64,000 nt of DNA from Mobula hypostoma (lineage: Eukaryota): positions 29,514,001 to 29,578,000 of the forward strand of contig NC_086118.1 of assembly GCF_963921235.1 (NCBI RefSeq), given 5' to 3'. Position numbers and translations under genes: made by a program. Positions 63,501 to 64,000 of the stretch are shown here, piece by piece. The notes beneath the pieces were generated by a model. It ran no database searches and was not told the origin of the DNA. It saw only the letters and a program-made list of their open reading frames with translations. Each line of letters starts with the position of its first letter. The first letter of the stretch is position 1.

Positions 63501-64000
63501 TTACTTCCAGCACAACTTGCCCAGAGCTGCTGGATTCCTCCTAGGGATATTCTCCCCCATGCATGTCTTTATTAAAGTTCTAGAAAAAGTAGTTTGTTGG
63601 ATAGAAAGCAACATTGTGAGCACTGAATGCAAGAAACCAGACTGGAGCTAAGTGGGTAGTTGCCAAGCAGTAGTAATGGTTTGAATGATGAGGCCGGAAC
63701 ACAGAGCTCGACAAGAGCAAGCTGTGCCCATTGGGTAGCAAGACTGAGTCCCCAGCCTTCATTCGTACTACCACTAATATCCAGAATTGTTTCATTACTA
63801 TTTAAATAAGCAAATAAATTGCATGAACATATTTAAAAATTTATGTAAAACATTTATATAATTAACATTTATACTTGTATTTATAGTAAATACAAATAAT
63901 TAAAAGAAATGTAATTTATTATTGTTTTTCTTTTTCAAAGTTTCAACAGGGACTTTTTAAGTTGATTGCTTTAGAAAATATATTGAAAATCTAACGATTA

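Overview
Eukaryotic, AT-rich, transposon-dense vertebrate DNA. The repeat repertoire suggests a cartilaginous fish, probably a ray or skate; this is recognition, not a database result. I found no recognisable host protein-coding gene, rRNA, true tRNA gene or CRISPR array, and nearly all ORFs in the track are transposon debris or their antisense shadows. The window holds CR1, Rex1 and L1 LINEs, Penelope-like elements (PLEs) with GIY-YIG endonuclease and hammerhead-ribozyme motifs, two Ty3/Gypsy elements, two probable solo LTRs, Tc1/mariner/pogo and piggyBac-type DNA elements, and tRNA-derived SINEs, often nested. Three highlights: (1) A clean ~1.23 kb inversion (13771-15004); mentally reversing it rebuilds a full-length L1 with its 15-bp TSD, a Gypsy LTR-gag and a Tigger transposase, each rejoined in frame at the breakpoints. 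(2) A dispersed family of minimal type I hammerhead ribozyme motifs, some carried by tiny 130-190 bp TSD-flanked units. (3) A four-level nest at 24.7-29.4 kb. Boundaries without a quoted TSD or TIR are approximate.
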